Assembly (NCBI RefSeq): GCF_006345805.1
Contig: NC_043004.1
Coordinates: 32,798,001-32,862,000 of the forward strand
Reading direction: 5' to 3'
DNA length: 64,000 bases
Source: Octopus sinensis
Lineage: Eukaryota
Shown here: piece after piece, positions 27,578 through 41,133 of the stretch
Layout of the letters: each line of letters starts with the position of its first letter
Numbering within the stretch: position 1 is the first letter of the stretch
Notes under the pieces: generated by a model
What the model was told of the DNA's origin: nothing
The model's input: only the letters and a program-made list of their open reading frames with translations
Databases searched by the model: none
Program-made: the position numbers and the translations under genes

Positions 27578-27969
27578 CTAGCAGTATCGCCCGGCGTTGC
27601 TCGGGTTTGTAAGGGAAATAACTATATAAGCATTTTTAGAGAGTTATAGCCAAAAAATGCATTAAAAATAGAAAAGAAATTATGGTAAATTTTTTTAAAA
27701 ATCGTTGAGTCATTGTAGACATTTTTAGAGAGTTACTTCCCTTATATAATAGCGAAAAAATGCATTAAAATGGAAAAAAATGATGGTAAATTTTTTTTAA
27801 TCGTAGACTCATCGTAGACGCGCGCTAATACCCAGAAGGGCTTGATATGAATCACGACTATCAGATACCCGGTTTTGGTTAAACTGCACCGCAAAATGTG
27901 GGAGGAGTTAGGAATCTAAATCGTAGGAGACAGACACTCACACAACTTGACTTTTATATATAAAGAAGA
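27578..27969 (-). mobile_element. Non-autonomous Helitron, second subfamily
   Basis: Same 3' end (CCCGAGCAACGCCGGG hairpin plus CTAG on the minus strand) but a different interior. Confidence 0.7.
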
Positions 27970-28218
27970 TATACATTACATACCTGTTATGTTTTACTTG
28001 CTTCAGACAATAAACCGCGGCCAAGCTGGGGCACCGCCTTGAATAATTTTAGTCGGACGAATCGACGCGAGCACTTATTTGTTTGTAAAGCTTGGTACTT
28101 ATCCTATCGGTCTCTTTTGCCGAATTGCTAAGTTACGGGGACGTAAATACACTACCAGCAGTTGTCAAGCTGTGGGTGGGGGACAAATGCACACACACAC
28201 ACACACAAACACACACAT

Positions 28219-28768
28219 GCGAACTTTAGATTAGTTAAAATATTTGTGACAAAGGCAAATTCACAGCAGTTACCGTGGAGAAAAAATTCTCTCTTATGGC
28301 AAAAGGTGTTAAAACTCCATGTCTGCTCAGTGTTGCCCTCTATCGGATTCCCACATGCAACGTTTCTAGCTCTTTAGCTGTTATCAATGCCTTTAAAAGA
28401 TGAAATCTGTCACAAAAATATTTTGAGTCACCACAATGTTCGCTTATGCCTAAACACTGCATGGCGCTGATAATACCGAATTTCTCCCAAAACCTGGCGG
28501 TGAAATAGCGCATCTCGGTCGATGTTGTTGACTGTGTTTTAGTTAAAGCTACGGCTTTAAATCCCGCCAGAGTTGCCTCCCTTCGGTATTTTCTATCGAC
28601 AATGGCTAAAGAGCTAGGAACGGTGAGTCTGGGAATCCGACACTGTCAAATATGGTGTTTTTACACCTCTTACCACAAGAGAGAATTTTTCTCCACGGGA
28701 ACTGCAGAGATTTTGCCTTTAGAAGATGAAATAAGTCACAAACGATTTTTAACTGACCTAAAGTTCGC
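28219..28768. mobile_element. Imperfect foldback element (~170-bp arms)
   Basis: gcgaactttag...ccgtggagaaaaaattctctctt...ctagctctttagc is mirrored at 28594-28768. Confidence 0.75.
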
Positions 28769-28905
28769 TTATGACTGTGCGGTAAGAAGCTTCCTTCTCA
28801 TCCTGAAGATTCCGGGTTCAGTTCTACTGCGTGGCACCTCTATTATAACTCGGGCCGACCAAAGCCTTGTGAGTAGATTTGGTTGATGGAAACTGAAAGA
28901 AGCCC

Positions 28906-28936
<31 letters not shown>

Positions 28937-28973
28937 ATATATAATATATATAATATATATATATATATATAAT

Positions 28974-29195
28974 ATATACCAATTAAGGACTGAACACGAA
29001 AAGTGGACAGTCAACATGCTAGATATAGACGTCAAATCGCCATTTGACGTCTATATCTAGCATGTTGACTGTCCACTTTCCGTGTTCAGTCCTTAATTGG
29101 TATATATAAATATTTTAATCTTCGGATTCTTTTTTAATATGCTAGACCACTGGTTTTAATTGATTATTCAATATCAATTTCTACCCTTAATTAAT

Positions 29196-29196
<1 letters not shown>
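28974..29196 (+). mobile_element. (TA)n-inserted fragment: 64-bp near-perfect palindrome plus shared 3' terminus
   Basis: Arms 28974-29037 and 29042-29105 (1 mismatch, loop cgcc). It ends gaccactggttttaattgat...tacccttaattaatta(TA)n and sits inside the TA tract of a SINE B (~28775-29880). Confidence 0.75.
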
Positions 29197-29231
<35 letters not shown>

Positions 29232-29438
29232 ATTCATACATCTATATATATCATGTCGCGACTTAGGAGGGCCATTACACCATAGTAATAACACACACAC
29301 TGGTATATGTGTATTTATCTTTATTCTCGTAATGACCGCCCCTCAAGACACAAGATTTGTTTCAACTCGCAAATTCATATCAAGGATCTTGGAAACCACA
29401 TTCAAGAATACAGTATCTCTCTCTTCCTCTATCTATCT

Positions 29439-29501
<63 letters not shown>

Positions 29502-31289
29502 GTCTGTGTGTATCCGTCTCTATCTATCTATCTCTATCTATCTATCTATCTATCTACTATCTATCTATCTATCTATCTATCTGTCTGTCTGTGTGTATGC
29601 CTGTCTGTCTATCTATCTATCTACCTTCCTATATATCTACCTATGTGTTTGTATGTGTGTGTGTTATATCTATCTTTCTGAGTGTGTTTTTTTGTGTTTG
29701 TGCTTATCCTCACAGCCACTTGACAACCGGAATGGGTGTTGGTTGATTACGTCCCAGTAAATCAGCCGACAGAATAAGTATTGGACTTCGACAAAAAGAA
29801 AGTACTGGCGCTGATTTGTTCGACTAGATCCTTCAAAGCGGCCATAGTGAGGTATGGTCTCAGTCCAATGAATGACGCAAGACAAAGACGATGGAGACAA
29901 GCGCGCGCGTACACACTGACCACACACACACACTGACCACACACACACACCGACCACACACACACACCGACCACACACACACACTGACCACTACTGAACT
30001 ACGCCAAGGTAAGTAAAAAATGTGATATCATTGTCCTCACCGTCCTCATTTACAAAAGAAATCACTGGAGATAATTATTACTCAGAGATGCCATCTGCAT
30101 GATAAAAGAACAGTCAACCTTGTGTTAACATATTTTCGTAAGACCGAAAAATTAAAAAAAAAAGAAGAAAATGACAAAATTTAATTAGAAATACCTATAA
30201 AATTTGGAAAAGTTGTCATTAATAATGTTAAGGAATGACTTATTATAGATTGATCATCGCCTAATTATATATTTCTAGTTAGTCACGTATACTCGTTGTG
30301 TTACACACACACACACACACACACTCACACACACACACATACACGTATACAAACACACATACACGTTTATAAACACAGTTCTATAGAGCTGCAGTACTAT
30401 TACTAACCGCGAGACAATTAACTACACGTCGCTATGTGAGGAAGTATATCTCATCACACACACACAGACATACTCTCAGATACACATGTACAAGCACACA
30501 CACACACACACACACACATACGGACACGGGGACACACACGTACTTGCGCATACTCGCACTCGTACACACACACACACATACACGTTACTATAGCAACGCA
30601 AGTACTTCTTACGGCATGACAATCATCTCCTCATCACTATTTATAAAGAGGTATATCTCCACACACACACACACAAACACAGACACACACACAGACACAC
30701 ACTCACTCACAGACACACTGATATGCACACACAGATACACACACATACAGAGAGACACACACAAACACAGACACAGACAGATATACATACACACAGACAT
30801 TGATACACACACACACACACACACACACTCATACACAGATATACAACCCCCCCCCCACACACACACACAGCTACAACGAGACTAAAGATAATTTTTGCTT
30901 TATTTTTTGCTTTTTTTTATTTTGTTTTGTGTTGCATTTGTTGCTTTTGGTGTTGGTTTTAATCGGATTAATATAATAAAAACATGAACAATTATTGAAA
31001 TGGAGGGAGACAAGTTGAAACCGGAGTCAAAGAGCAGACACAACAATTTAAATTGATTTTACCAAATTACATTTATAATTCATTCTTCCTTTTCACCGTA
31101 CTAACCTAATTACACAGGGACGGAATACGATGAGGATGATGATGGCGATGGTGATGGTGATGGTGCTGTTGCTGCTACTGATGTCGATGGTGGTGGTGGT
31201 GGTGATGATGATGATAATGATGATGATGATGATGTTGATGATGATGATGATGATGATGATGATCACGATGGTAATAGTGATGTTAATTC

Positions 31290-31848
31290 TTTTCGACTCC
31301 GGGCACAAGGCCTGAAATTTTTTGGGAGAGACCGGCCTCAGTATGCAACTGGTACTTAATTTAATCGACCCTGAAATGATGAAAGGCAAAGTACACCTCG
31401 GCGGGATTTGAACTCAGAACATAGCGGCAGACGAAATACCTATTTCTTTACTACCCACAAGGGGCTGAACACAGTGAGGACAAACAAGGACAGACAAACG
31501 GATTAAGTCGATTTTATCGACCCCAGTGCGTAACTGGTATTTAATTTATCGACCCCGAAAGGATGAAAGGCAAAGTCGACCTCGACGGAATTTGAACTCA
31601 GCACGTAGCGGCAGACGAAATACCTATTTCTTTACTGCCCACAAGGGGCTAAATACAGAAGGGACAAACAAGGACAGACAAACGGATTAAGTTAATTACA
31701 TCAACCCCAGTGCGTAACTGGTACTTAATTTATCGACCCCGAAAGGATGAAGGGCAAAGTCGACCTCGACGGAATTTGAACTCATAACGTAGCGGCAGAC
31801 GAAATACGGCTACGCATTTCGCCCGGCGTGCTAACGTTTCTGTCAGAT
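31290..31848 (-). mobile_element. SINE family A concatemer (184-nt internal period)
   Basis: Junction gacgaaatacctatttctttact occurs at ~31430 and ~31614; one tRNA head at the right end. Confidence 0.85.
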
Positions 31849-32215
31849 CACTATAATGATGATGATGGTGGTGGTGGTGGTGATGGTGGCGATCGGTTTT
31901 GCGTCGAAATGAACAAAAGAATTGTGTGGCGTTCATTGTTTACCGGAGGATATCAACCGTTTAGGCGAAGTCCATAACAAAATTGGGCATTGAACCAAAT
32001 GTTGCCAGACGCGGTTCACTCTATGAAGTGCGGTGAATGAATTTGGCAGACGAAAACTGAGTGGAAGCCCGTCGTGTATATACATACAAACATACATGTG
32101 TGCGAGTGTGTATCTTTGTATCGACCGCGACTGTTAGACAACCGGTGTTCGTTTGTTTACGTCGCTGTAACGCAGTAGTTCGGCAAATGATGCCGATAGA
32201 ATAAATTGCAGGCTT

Positions 32216-32289
<74 letters not shown>

Positions 32290-33811
32290 ATATATATATA
32301 TATATATAGTATTAGAGTCGGTTTGCAGTGGTCCAGCATGGCCGCAGTCCTGTGACTGAAACAAGTGAATAAGTAATAGAAAAGAAAAGAAAAATTACGT
32401 ATATTTGACTACATAAGCAGAGAGTGTAATTTGCGGGAGATTTGACGGCTATTTCTAACGTTTCCAGCGACTACATAGTGGCTCCATTGTTGGTTCGCCT
32501 ACTTTTCATGTAGAAAGATACGGTTATTTTGTGAGACAAGTTTAAAGGCCGTGAAATCTAAATAAAGTTTATTGTTAATTATTAATAACAATGATTATTG
32601 GAAAGATCGCTACTTTGTAAAAATCGTTTTAAAGGTAATGAGATATAAACAAAGATTATTGTTGTTGATGTTGTTGTTATTATCATTATCGTTGCTGCTG
32701 TTGTTGTTATTATTATTATTGTTAAGATTTTCTATGAAAAAATGCTATTAAACAGAATAAACACCAATCTAAGACAAAAGGAAGCAGAGATACATTCCTG
32801 GAGAAGTGAAGAGATGGAATGGTTATCACTCTCTGGTAGAATCGGTAACGCCGTCTTTCAGGAAGTGATGGAAAGAGAATTCCAGATCATGAAACTGTGG
32901 TGTTGTGGTCTTCATGAATATATTGGAACGACTGGAATTTAACATTGATTTAAATCGATTTCTTTTAGAAGTGAAAACAGCAGATATATTCTCGTTGGTA
33001 AAAAGGTAAAGGGTAAGCACTCCCCATGGGATTGCTCCTAAAAAGTTCCCCTCCGAGGCACAAGTCCGAGCAAGATTGTTTATGGAAACACCGATGCTAT
33101 CCAAGAGAAAGGCAAAGGCCATAAATACAGCTTGGCACCAGTGACATCGCGACTCATCTCTACAGATGAGTGAGCTGGAGCAATGTGAAATAAAGTGTCT
33201 TGCTCAAGAACACAACACAATCCAGTCCGAGAATCGAACTCACTTCCTCATGATTGTGAGCCCGACGCTCTAACCACTGAGCCATGCGCCTTCAGATGGT
33301 AGTGTGAAAGTGCCTTCTCGTTGGTAGTGTGTTAGATAAGCAGGCAACATGTCGATGGTTCGTATTTCCTCTTCGGCACTGAATGGCCCTTGGTCAAAAC
33401 GCTGGCACTATTCTTGATCCGATCTTCTTACAAGTAATTAAGTACTCGAGTGCAGTTGACCATTAAACAGGTATTCAAATTATTTTGTATGCTGTAGTCC
33501 TATTTTAGTTCATGCAACTCACACTACTGTCTTCTCTATTGAGAATTGAACATTGTAATACTCCATAGCTTTGTAGCAAGGCCTCTGCCAAGTTTTGAAC
33601 TATAGCTGCCAGATTTTCTCAGTCCGGAACCACAACCTCATGTATTTTCAGAAAAAGATATACTAAAAACTCTTCCAGGCGGTGCTCCAGGATGGCCGCA
33701 GTCTAATGACTGAAACAAGTAAAATATAACATAAAAAAACAGAAGATATCCAGGAAGTTATATTCAGAAGATCCCTTCTTGCTATATTCCTTAAATGTTT
33801 TCCCCTTAATT

Positions 33812-34087
33812 CAGTGGTTCCCAAACTTTATCAGACTGCGGCCCCCTTGACACCCAGGCTACATTCTTAGCGGTCCAACCCCCAACTAACCATTACAAAC
33901 ATAGACCTCTTTCTGAAGCAAATTCAAAGCAACCGTATTTCACTAATAAAGGTTAACCTAGCGAACCCATTATTTTGTTGTTTCTACATGACTTGCTACC
34001 CCATTATCGCCCCACTTTTCTTCAACACCCTCTTGGAACGTTCTATCGCCCTCAAGAGGGCAATAAAGCCCACTTAGGAGACTACTG
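33812..34087. mobile_element. hAT-type MITE
   Basis: Ends cagtggttcccaaa...taggagactactg with an imperfect 8-bp TSD (ccttaatt/atttaatt). Confidence 0.6.
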
Positions 34088-34886
34088 ATTTAATTTATTG
34101 GATGCACTTTTGTAAATATAATGACACTGGTTCATAATACGAAACGGTGCTGAAAAGTCCCTGGCTTTAAGGGTATCACGAAAGACCTTGTTGGAGGCCC
34201 AGCCTTCCGAGTTCTTTTACAGGGCTTAGAAAAACCGAGGGACAACTGCAATAAATGTGTGAATATGAAAAGGGAATATGTTGAATAAAATCATAATTAA
34301 CTGATCCTCTTGCGTTTTCTTTGCCCACGTATATATGAAAATAAGTTTTAATATGGTTATTGCCTTCACACACAACCAGTCTCACATTGTGAACAGCCAA
34401 GAATATATGACAAATTATTCACATCAAAAGTTGGTATCTTCGAGCAGCAGCGAGGAGTGTTTCTTACCACATTAAAAGAAAAAAAAAATGGTGAGTCCAG
34501 ACGAAAAATAGGACACTAAAGTTTCTTTGAAAAATGCAGTGAATGTCTTTGTGTTGTTAAAAGAGAATTTACATAGAACGAAAGTCTCTGATTTATAAAA
34601 GTAATTTAGATAATCTTTTTAGACCCAAAAAACCCAATGTTTGGAAACGGAGCACGTTGTTCTGGATAGAGAAACTGTTACGGAATTCGTTAGTAGTTTT
34701 AGTCGGCTCAGTTTTCAATAATGAGTTGTGTGTTTACACAAAGGACAAATTAAGTGGCGTAGATTCACTAGACTTCATATATATATATATATATATATAC
34801 ATACACATATACATATATATACATATATATATACATACAAATTTATACATACATATACATATATATATATGTGTGTATAAATATAC

Positions 34887-34931
<45 letters not shown>

Positions 34932-35516
34932 TATATATATGTATATGTGTGTGTGTGTATATATATAGATACATAAATAGATAGATTGATATATATGTAT
35001 ATATATATATATGTATACATATAGATATCTATATATATATAAACACACACACACACACACACCTATATATATATATATATATATGTATGTATCTATAATC
35101 TTTTAAGCTGCCTATTTTGGTTTTCTTTTCTGTTCAATAGAATTACGAATGTGATTTCAGATGAAACAATTTTGATTTTAAAGTCGAAATCTCGGCAAAC
35201 TGTTGGAATGTTTTTCTCATTATTTATATAACAAAGATATTTCTGTTGCTAAAAAATGTTTTGGAAACTTTTGGAAACATTACTTTGAAGAACATCGACT
35301 GGATATTTACAAATACAATTTCACAAATAAATGCAGTAAAACAACTTTTATTATTCTTCATTTAACCTAGAGCTTCTCAGCCGAGGTCCATATGAGATTT
35401 TGTTATTAAAATTTATGTGCAGTTAAACTTCTACAGGCTGGCCACTGAAAGACTGAATGATATAAAACAAAAATAACTTTTACAAACACGTTTTTTTTTA
35501 CGTTTTTATTATTTTA

Positions 35517-35899
35517 CTAGCAGTATCGCCCAGCGTTGATCGAGTTTGTTTCGACCCTTTAGAATTGGAATTTTTGAAAAGTAAAAATTTTGCATTATGT
35601 AGCTTGTTATTCTCTTTAAGTGAACATTTTTCTAGTTGAAAAACTGGCGACACAGCAGTCAAAAAATCGTAAAAAATAGGGATTTTCATAGAAAAAAAGC
35701 ACCTATTTAATGTAAATAATTTTTGGTATTAACATGGTCCGATTTGAATTTTTTCTTCTACGGAAGGAAGAGCAAGCCTTCTTCTAACATACTCTCAATT
35801 TTGGTCAACTTGCGCCGCAGGGTCTCAGAGGAGATAGTGTTAGTTGAAGGCTACCAAACCTGCCATACACAGACAACTTCAGCTTTATATATAGAGAGA
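35517..35899 (-). mobile_element. Non-autonomous Helitron
   Basis: Minus strand begins TCTCTCTATATATAAAGC and ends ...CTAG, inserted between A and T. Confidence 0.8.
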
Positions 35900-36459
35900 T
35901 TTGGATGGAAACGTTTTAAATCCAGTTTCAGGATCTTCTGAAGCGATGTTCTGGCGATGCTTAGTTGATTAGAGCAACTACGAGTAGAGGCTGATGGATC
36001 CTCAGGGACACTCTCCCGTACAGCTCTTCCACCACTGCGTCACTGCGTACAGTGCACTTAGGACCTCTTCCAGGAAGATCACCAACTGATCCAGTTCTTT
36101 CAAACCTGGCAATTAGGTTCCGAATCATGTTATCGCTAGGAGATACTCTGACAGCAAAATGTTGCCGGTATTTTGTCAGAGTTTGAATAATTGATCTTTT
36201 ACTGGAATAGAAAAATTCAATGAGTTTTACTCGTTACTGGACATCATACGTAACCGTTTTAATCTCCAAAGGATGATCTACAACATGCAAAAAGAAGAAG
36301 AAAAAAAAAACGACTGAAAACGAGCAAGTTATGACTTTTTCAAAACCCTTCAGTATTTCAGTGGTCACCCTGTACAATACGCAAAATATTTGAACAATTT
36401 TTTTATACAAATCCTAACGATATTTAATAGGATTTTTAAAATAGTGAATAGCTATATAA

Positions 36460-36860
36460 GTAGGAGTGGCTGTGTGGTAAGTAGCTTGCTTAACAACCAC
36501 ATGATTCCCGGTTCAGTCCCATTACGTGCTACCTTGGGCAAGTGTCTTCTACCATAGCATCGGGTCGACCAAAGCCTTGTGAGTGGATTTGGTAAACGGA
36601 AACTGAAAGAAAACGGTCGTATATATGTATATATATGTATGTATGTTTGTGTGTCTGTGTTTGTCCCCCCCCCACCAACATCGCTTGACAACTGATGCTG
36701 GTGTGTTTACGTCCCCGTAACTTAGCGGTCCGACAAAAGAGACCGAAGGAATAAGTACTAGGCTTACAAAGAATAAGTCCTGGGGTCGATTTGCTCGACT
36801 AAAAAAGGCGGTGCTCCTGCATGGCCACAGTCAAATGACTGAAACAGGTAAAAGAGTAAA
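36460..36860 (+). mobile_element. SINE family B
   Basis: Full consensus match. Confidence 0.85.
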
Positions 36861-37072
36861 AGACTAAAAGAGCTATGGGGGTCCAGTAGGGTTAAATAGG
36901 AACCAGAGGGATCCAAAATCAGAATATGGTTGAGTGCCACTGATTTCAACTGTGGAATCACGCACAATTCAGAAGCCAGCGTCAGCTTAGTAATAACTGA
37001 ACCGCAGACGAAATTTGTAGGGAAGGTTTTCTTTTCATTGCAGGCGACGAAATACTTGTAGCATGTGTTTAA

Positions 37073-37279
37073 CCCTTTTGTGTTTAAACTGGCCATATCC
37101 GGCCGAAGTTTTCTACCTATTTTATGTTTAAACTGACCAGATCAGGCCTCTCACACCTAATCTACATTGATATTCTAAAAATAAACAGTCACATCATTGA
37201 AACCTCAAAGCATGATTAATTCAAAACAATTTGAGTGAAAAAGTATTACATTTAACAGAGTAATCTGAACACTAAAGGG
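37073..37279. mobile_element. piggyBac-type MITE
   Basis: TTAA-CCCTTT...AAAGGG-TTAA. A related 3' fragment occupies window positions ~1-85. Confidence 0.75.
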
Positions 37280-37604
37280 TTAAAGGAGTCTGGGACTTAT
37301 TTACAAGTTGACCGGACAAGGAAGAGTCGTGTTTTGGCCACGGGCTCATGCAGGATTGGTGATGAGATACGAACCAGTGACTGGTTGGACGACAGCCTGA
37401 CACACTACCAAGACATGCGTCTGCTGTTTTAACTTCAGGAGAAAGTGTGATTCAATTGATGTTAAATTTCTATTCACTGAAAATTTCTTTGAATTTTCTG
37501 TCGTCTGGAATAATAAATGGTTGTGAACATGTCCGCTCTGTTTCACGACTTTTTACTGATTTATCGTTCTTTTACAGCGTTGTCTGCTCTTTGTTTGCCT
37601 TTTT

Positions 37605-37607
37605 ATG

Positions 37608-37656
<49 letters not shown>

Positions 37657-37690
37657 CAACAACGACAACAACAATAATAAACATAATTGA

Positions 37691-37728
<38 letters not shown>

Positions 37729-37759
37729 TGATGATGATAATAATAATATAATAATAATA

Positions 37760-37790
<31 letters not shown>

Positions 37791-37872
37791 TTAATAATAA
37801 TAATTCTCACTCAATAATAATAATAATAATAATATAATAATAATAATAATAATAATGATGATGATGATAATA

Positions 37873-37934
<62 letters not shown>

Positions 37935-37956
37935 TTAATAATAATAATACTCACTC

Positions 37957-38024
<68 letters not shown>

Positions 38025-38027
38025 TAA
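37605..38027. repeat. (TAA)n microsatellite with internal duplication
   Basis: Directly visible; ctcactcaata recurs at ~37806 and ~37950. Confidence 0.9.
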
Positions 38028-38863
38028 TGGTGGAAACGAGATTCTTAACCTGGTCATACACAATGCACACACACACATACACACATGACTGAAATGAAAA
38101 GTATTTATAATACTTTGTATGGAAACTAACTATGATTCTGTAGGATATTTTTATTTTACACATACACACACACACCACACACACACACAGAAAGACACAA
38201 ACACACTCACATACACATGTACATATACACGCGCAAGCACAACAAGCACACACGTATATATATATATGTATATGTGTGTGTGTGTGTGTATGTGTGTGTG
38301 TGTGTGTGCATTTCTTCATTTTCTTCGTTTCTATAATAATACTCTCTGTTCTCACCTCGTTCATATATTGACTCAGGACTTGTGTGACGATTCCACATGG
38401 ATGAATAACAACCAAATCATTAAACCAACCAATTGTCGTCTGCTTAACGTTATCTTCTCACAGACATTCATTTTTTTCCTTTTTCCTTTATATCTTTCTT
38501 CAATTTTTTTTTTTTTTGTGGGGTTTTACGGTGAGTGATTCTCAAAAGCTGCTTTCCTGGTTTAAGCATGAACAACGACACATAAAAAAAAAAACCAAGG
38601 GTATTTTCGTCACTATATCAACAGTTTCAGCAGGTTATTAGGAAATATGGCCAGCTATTTTCATATCTTAACTTGTTGTACTTCACTATTTTTGCTACAC
38701 ACTGAAACAGGTCGAGTGTAGGCACAAAACTAATGTCAGGGGTGTTGTCTTCGTCACACTTTTGATTATAGTCTAACGTACATAACTACATCTACAAATG
38801 CATACATTGTTTATATGTGTGCATATATACATACAAAGACAGAAAAACACACACTCATACACA

Positions 38864-38910
<47 letters not shown>

Positions 38911-39193
38911 ATATGCACTGTAACAGTATCAAATACAATACACACGTAACAGTGAATGTGTGTGTGTGTGTGTGTGTGTTGAGATAAGGTTATTATTTTG
39001 AATCACCTTTAACAACGGAACATTTAGTTATGGTGTCATTTCATAGCAAGAGTAGAATGAGATTTATTGTGAAGATCAAGTTGACTGGGATTACACCACG
39101 CACACACACACACACACACACACATGTATATATATATGTATATATATATATATTATATATATATATATATATAAATATATGCATATATATATA

Positions 39194-39243
<50 letters not shown>

Positions 39244-39280
39244 TATATGTATGTACACATATATAGATATACATATAAAT

Positions 39281-40157
39281 ACAGTGTGAGATGAGTAAAT
39301 TGTCGCCATTTATATCTTTAATTACGCGCATGCGCATGGTTTGCTTTTGATTTTGTCAACTACACAGCATAGTAGAGTCATTTGAGCACAGGCTATAAGA
39401 AAAAACAGCACCATGACGCAATTCAGTCTGCCAGAAATTTGGAAACGACATTCTGATCTTCTTGGCATTCGCACCGGAAGCTCCAATACGAACATTTCAG
39501 AGTGTTTGGGTGTCAATTAGAGGACAGTGCAATTTGAGGACATGTATCGAGAGTAATAAAAATCAAACATCCAGTCAACCTCATGATACTTAAAGTGATC
39601 ACTAGTGATGGCAACGTTATGCCTCTAGCCATATTCTCACACAGCCTCAGACTCAACACGGAGGCCTACATCAAGTGTCTGGAGGTGGTAGTGCTGCCCT
39701 GGGTCAACAGGCTGGCTGCGGGAAGACCTAGTCTGGCAACAGGACTCTGCACCCTACCACATGAGCAGGGGAACCCAGTCATGGCTGTCAGACAATTTCT
39801 GCAACCACATCACCCTTAACATCTGGCCACCTAACTCCCCAGACTGCAACCCTCTTCATTATTATCTGTGGGGCGCATTTGAGCGACAGTCCAACAAAAC
39901 TACTTGTAACACCAAAAAGGAACTGAAGGCAAGGATTATGGCAACATTCACCAACATAAACAAGGAGACCGTCTAGAAGAGTTGCGGGTGACTCCGAAGT
40001 CGCCTGGAGGCCGTAGTTGAAGTCAATGGCGATTTTATTGCAGAAATTTACTCTTTAGTATTTCAAGATATTTTTATGCAATTTTGGTAAATATATCTTA
40101 AAATTAGATGTCAGTGTTATTTCCATTTTTGGATAATCTAGACAATATATTCGCCAC

Positions 40158-40162
<5 letters not shown>
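39281..40162 (+). mobile_element. Decayed Tc1/mariner-superfamily element
   Basis: Frameshifted transposase pieces KIKHPVNLMILKVITSDG and WPPNSPDCNPLHYYLWG; degenerate TIRs (cagtgtga...tcgccacaccct). Confidence 0.75.
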
Positions 40163-40200
<38 letters not shown>

Positions 40201-40204
<4 letters not shown>

Positions 40205-40875
40205 GTATATATTGGCAGGGCTTAGCCCTGCCAATATACACATATATTAGAATTTTCTCTGACTCCTCAGATTTTTGTATGCCGGACTACTGGTTTTAAA
40301 TTGATATTAAAATTAATATTAATTTATCTCCCTCATTATTTAAATATTGAAATAAATACGTTCTCTAGTACTAAGCCCGAACCGCAGTGAATTATTTACT
40401 GCAGCCCTTCGCCTCAGAAATTTATTAGCGCGCCAGAGCCAAGACATTTGAAATTTTATCACTAGTGTAATCGGTAAAGCTACACACGTGTCTGTACTGG
40501 CACGAAAGCTGGGGTTAGCTTTTCCGCTTACATTACTATGAACGGATGCACTGAAGAAGCACGGACATTTGGATTGCATAAGTAATTCTCTTGTTAAGGC
40601 TGAAACCGAGGTATGCATTTAATTCTGTTTTTTATATAAATTTTCATCTGTCATGCCCGCCAAAATTGGTTCTGGTGTTCGCTGTATTTTTCCTCTAGAG
40701 AATTTCCTTGTAGTTTGACCGTTGATGGTCTATTTCTAGCATATGGCCGACTCCCTAGCAGTAAGCCCTGCCAATATACACATATATTAGAATTTTCTCT
40801 GACTCCTCAGATTTTTGTATGCTGGACTACTGGTTTTAAATTGATATTAAAATTAATATTAATTTATCTCCCTCA

Positions 40876-40881
<6 letters not shown>
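40201..40881 (+). mobile_element. (TA)n-inserted hammerhead element, ~1.2 tandem units (540-nt period) with 5' foldback
   Basis: 40224-40341 is repeated at 40764-40881; hairpin at 40201-40245; hammerhead at 40545-40619. Confidence 0.8.
40545..40619 (+). ncRNA. Type I hammerhead ribozyme
   Basis: GAUGCA CUGAAGA AGC-(38 nt)-GCU GAAA CCGAGG UA/UGCAUU. Canonical core and 6-bp stem I. Predicted cut after 40613. Confidence 0.75.
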
Positions 40882-40920
<39 letters not shown>

Positions 40921-41133
40921 GGGGTGGCTGTGTGGTGAGGAGATTGCTTTTCAGTCACATGGTTCCAAGTTCAGTCCCACTGAATGGAACCTTGTGCAAG
41001 TATCTTCTATTATAGCCGAAAGCCTTGAGAGTAGATTTGGTAGACGGAAAACAGAAGGAAGTCCGTCGTACACACACACACACAGACACACACACACACA
41101 CACACAGACACACACACACACACACATGCGTAT

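Noticed and set aside
31115-31280. Poly-Met/Asp/Ile ORFs
   Set aside because: This is a (GAT)n microsatellite with no splice context.
31290-31848. CRISPR-like regular repeats
   Set aside because: They are SINE concatemers in eukaryotic DNA, with no unique spacers or cas genes.
32740-32960. Possible LINE ORF2 C-terminal remnant (IWNSL on minus strand); similar hint at 58300-58440
   Set aside because: Only a few residues match, which is insufficient without a profile search.
35153-35200. CAGAUGA..GUC GAAA hammerhead-like string
   Set aside because: It needs several substitutions in the core, stem II and cleavage site, so it is too degenerate to call.
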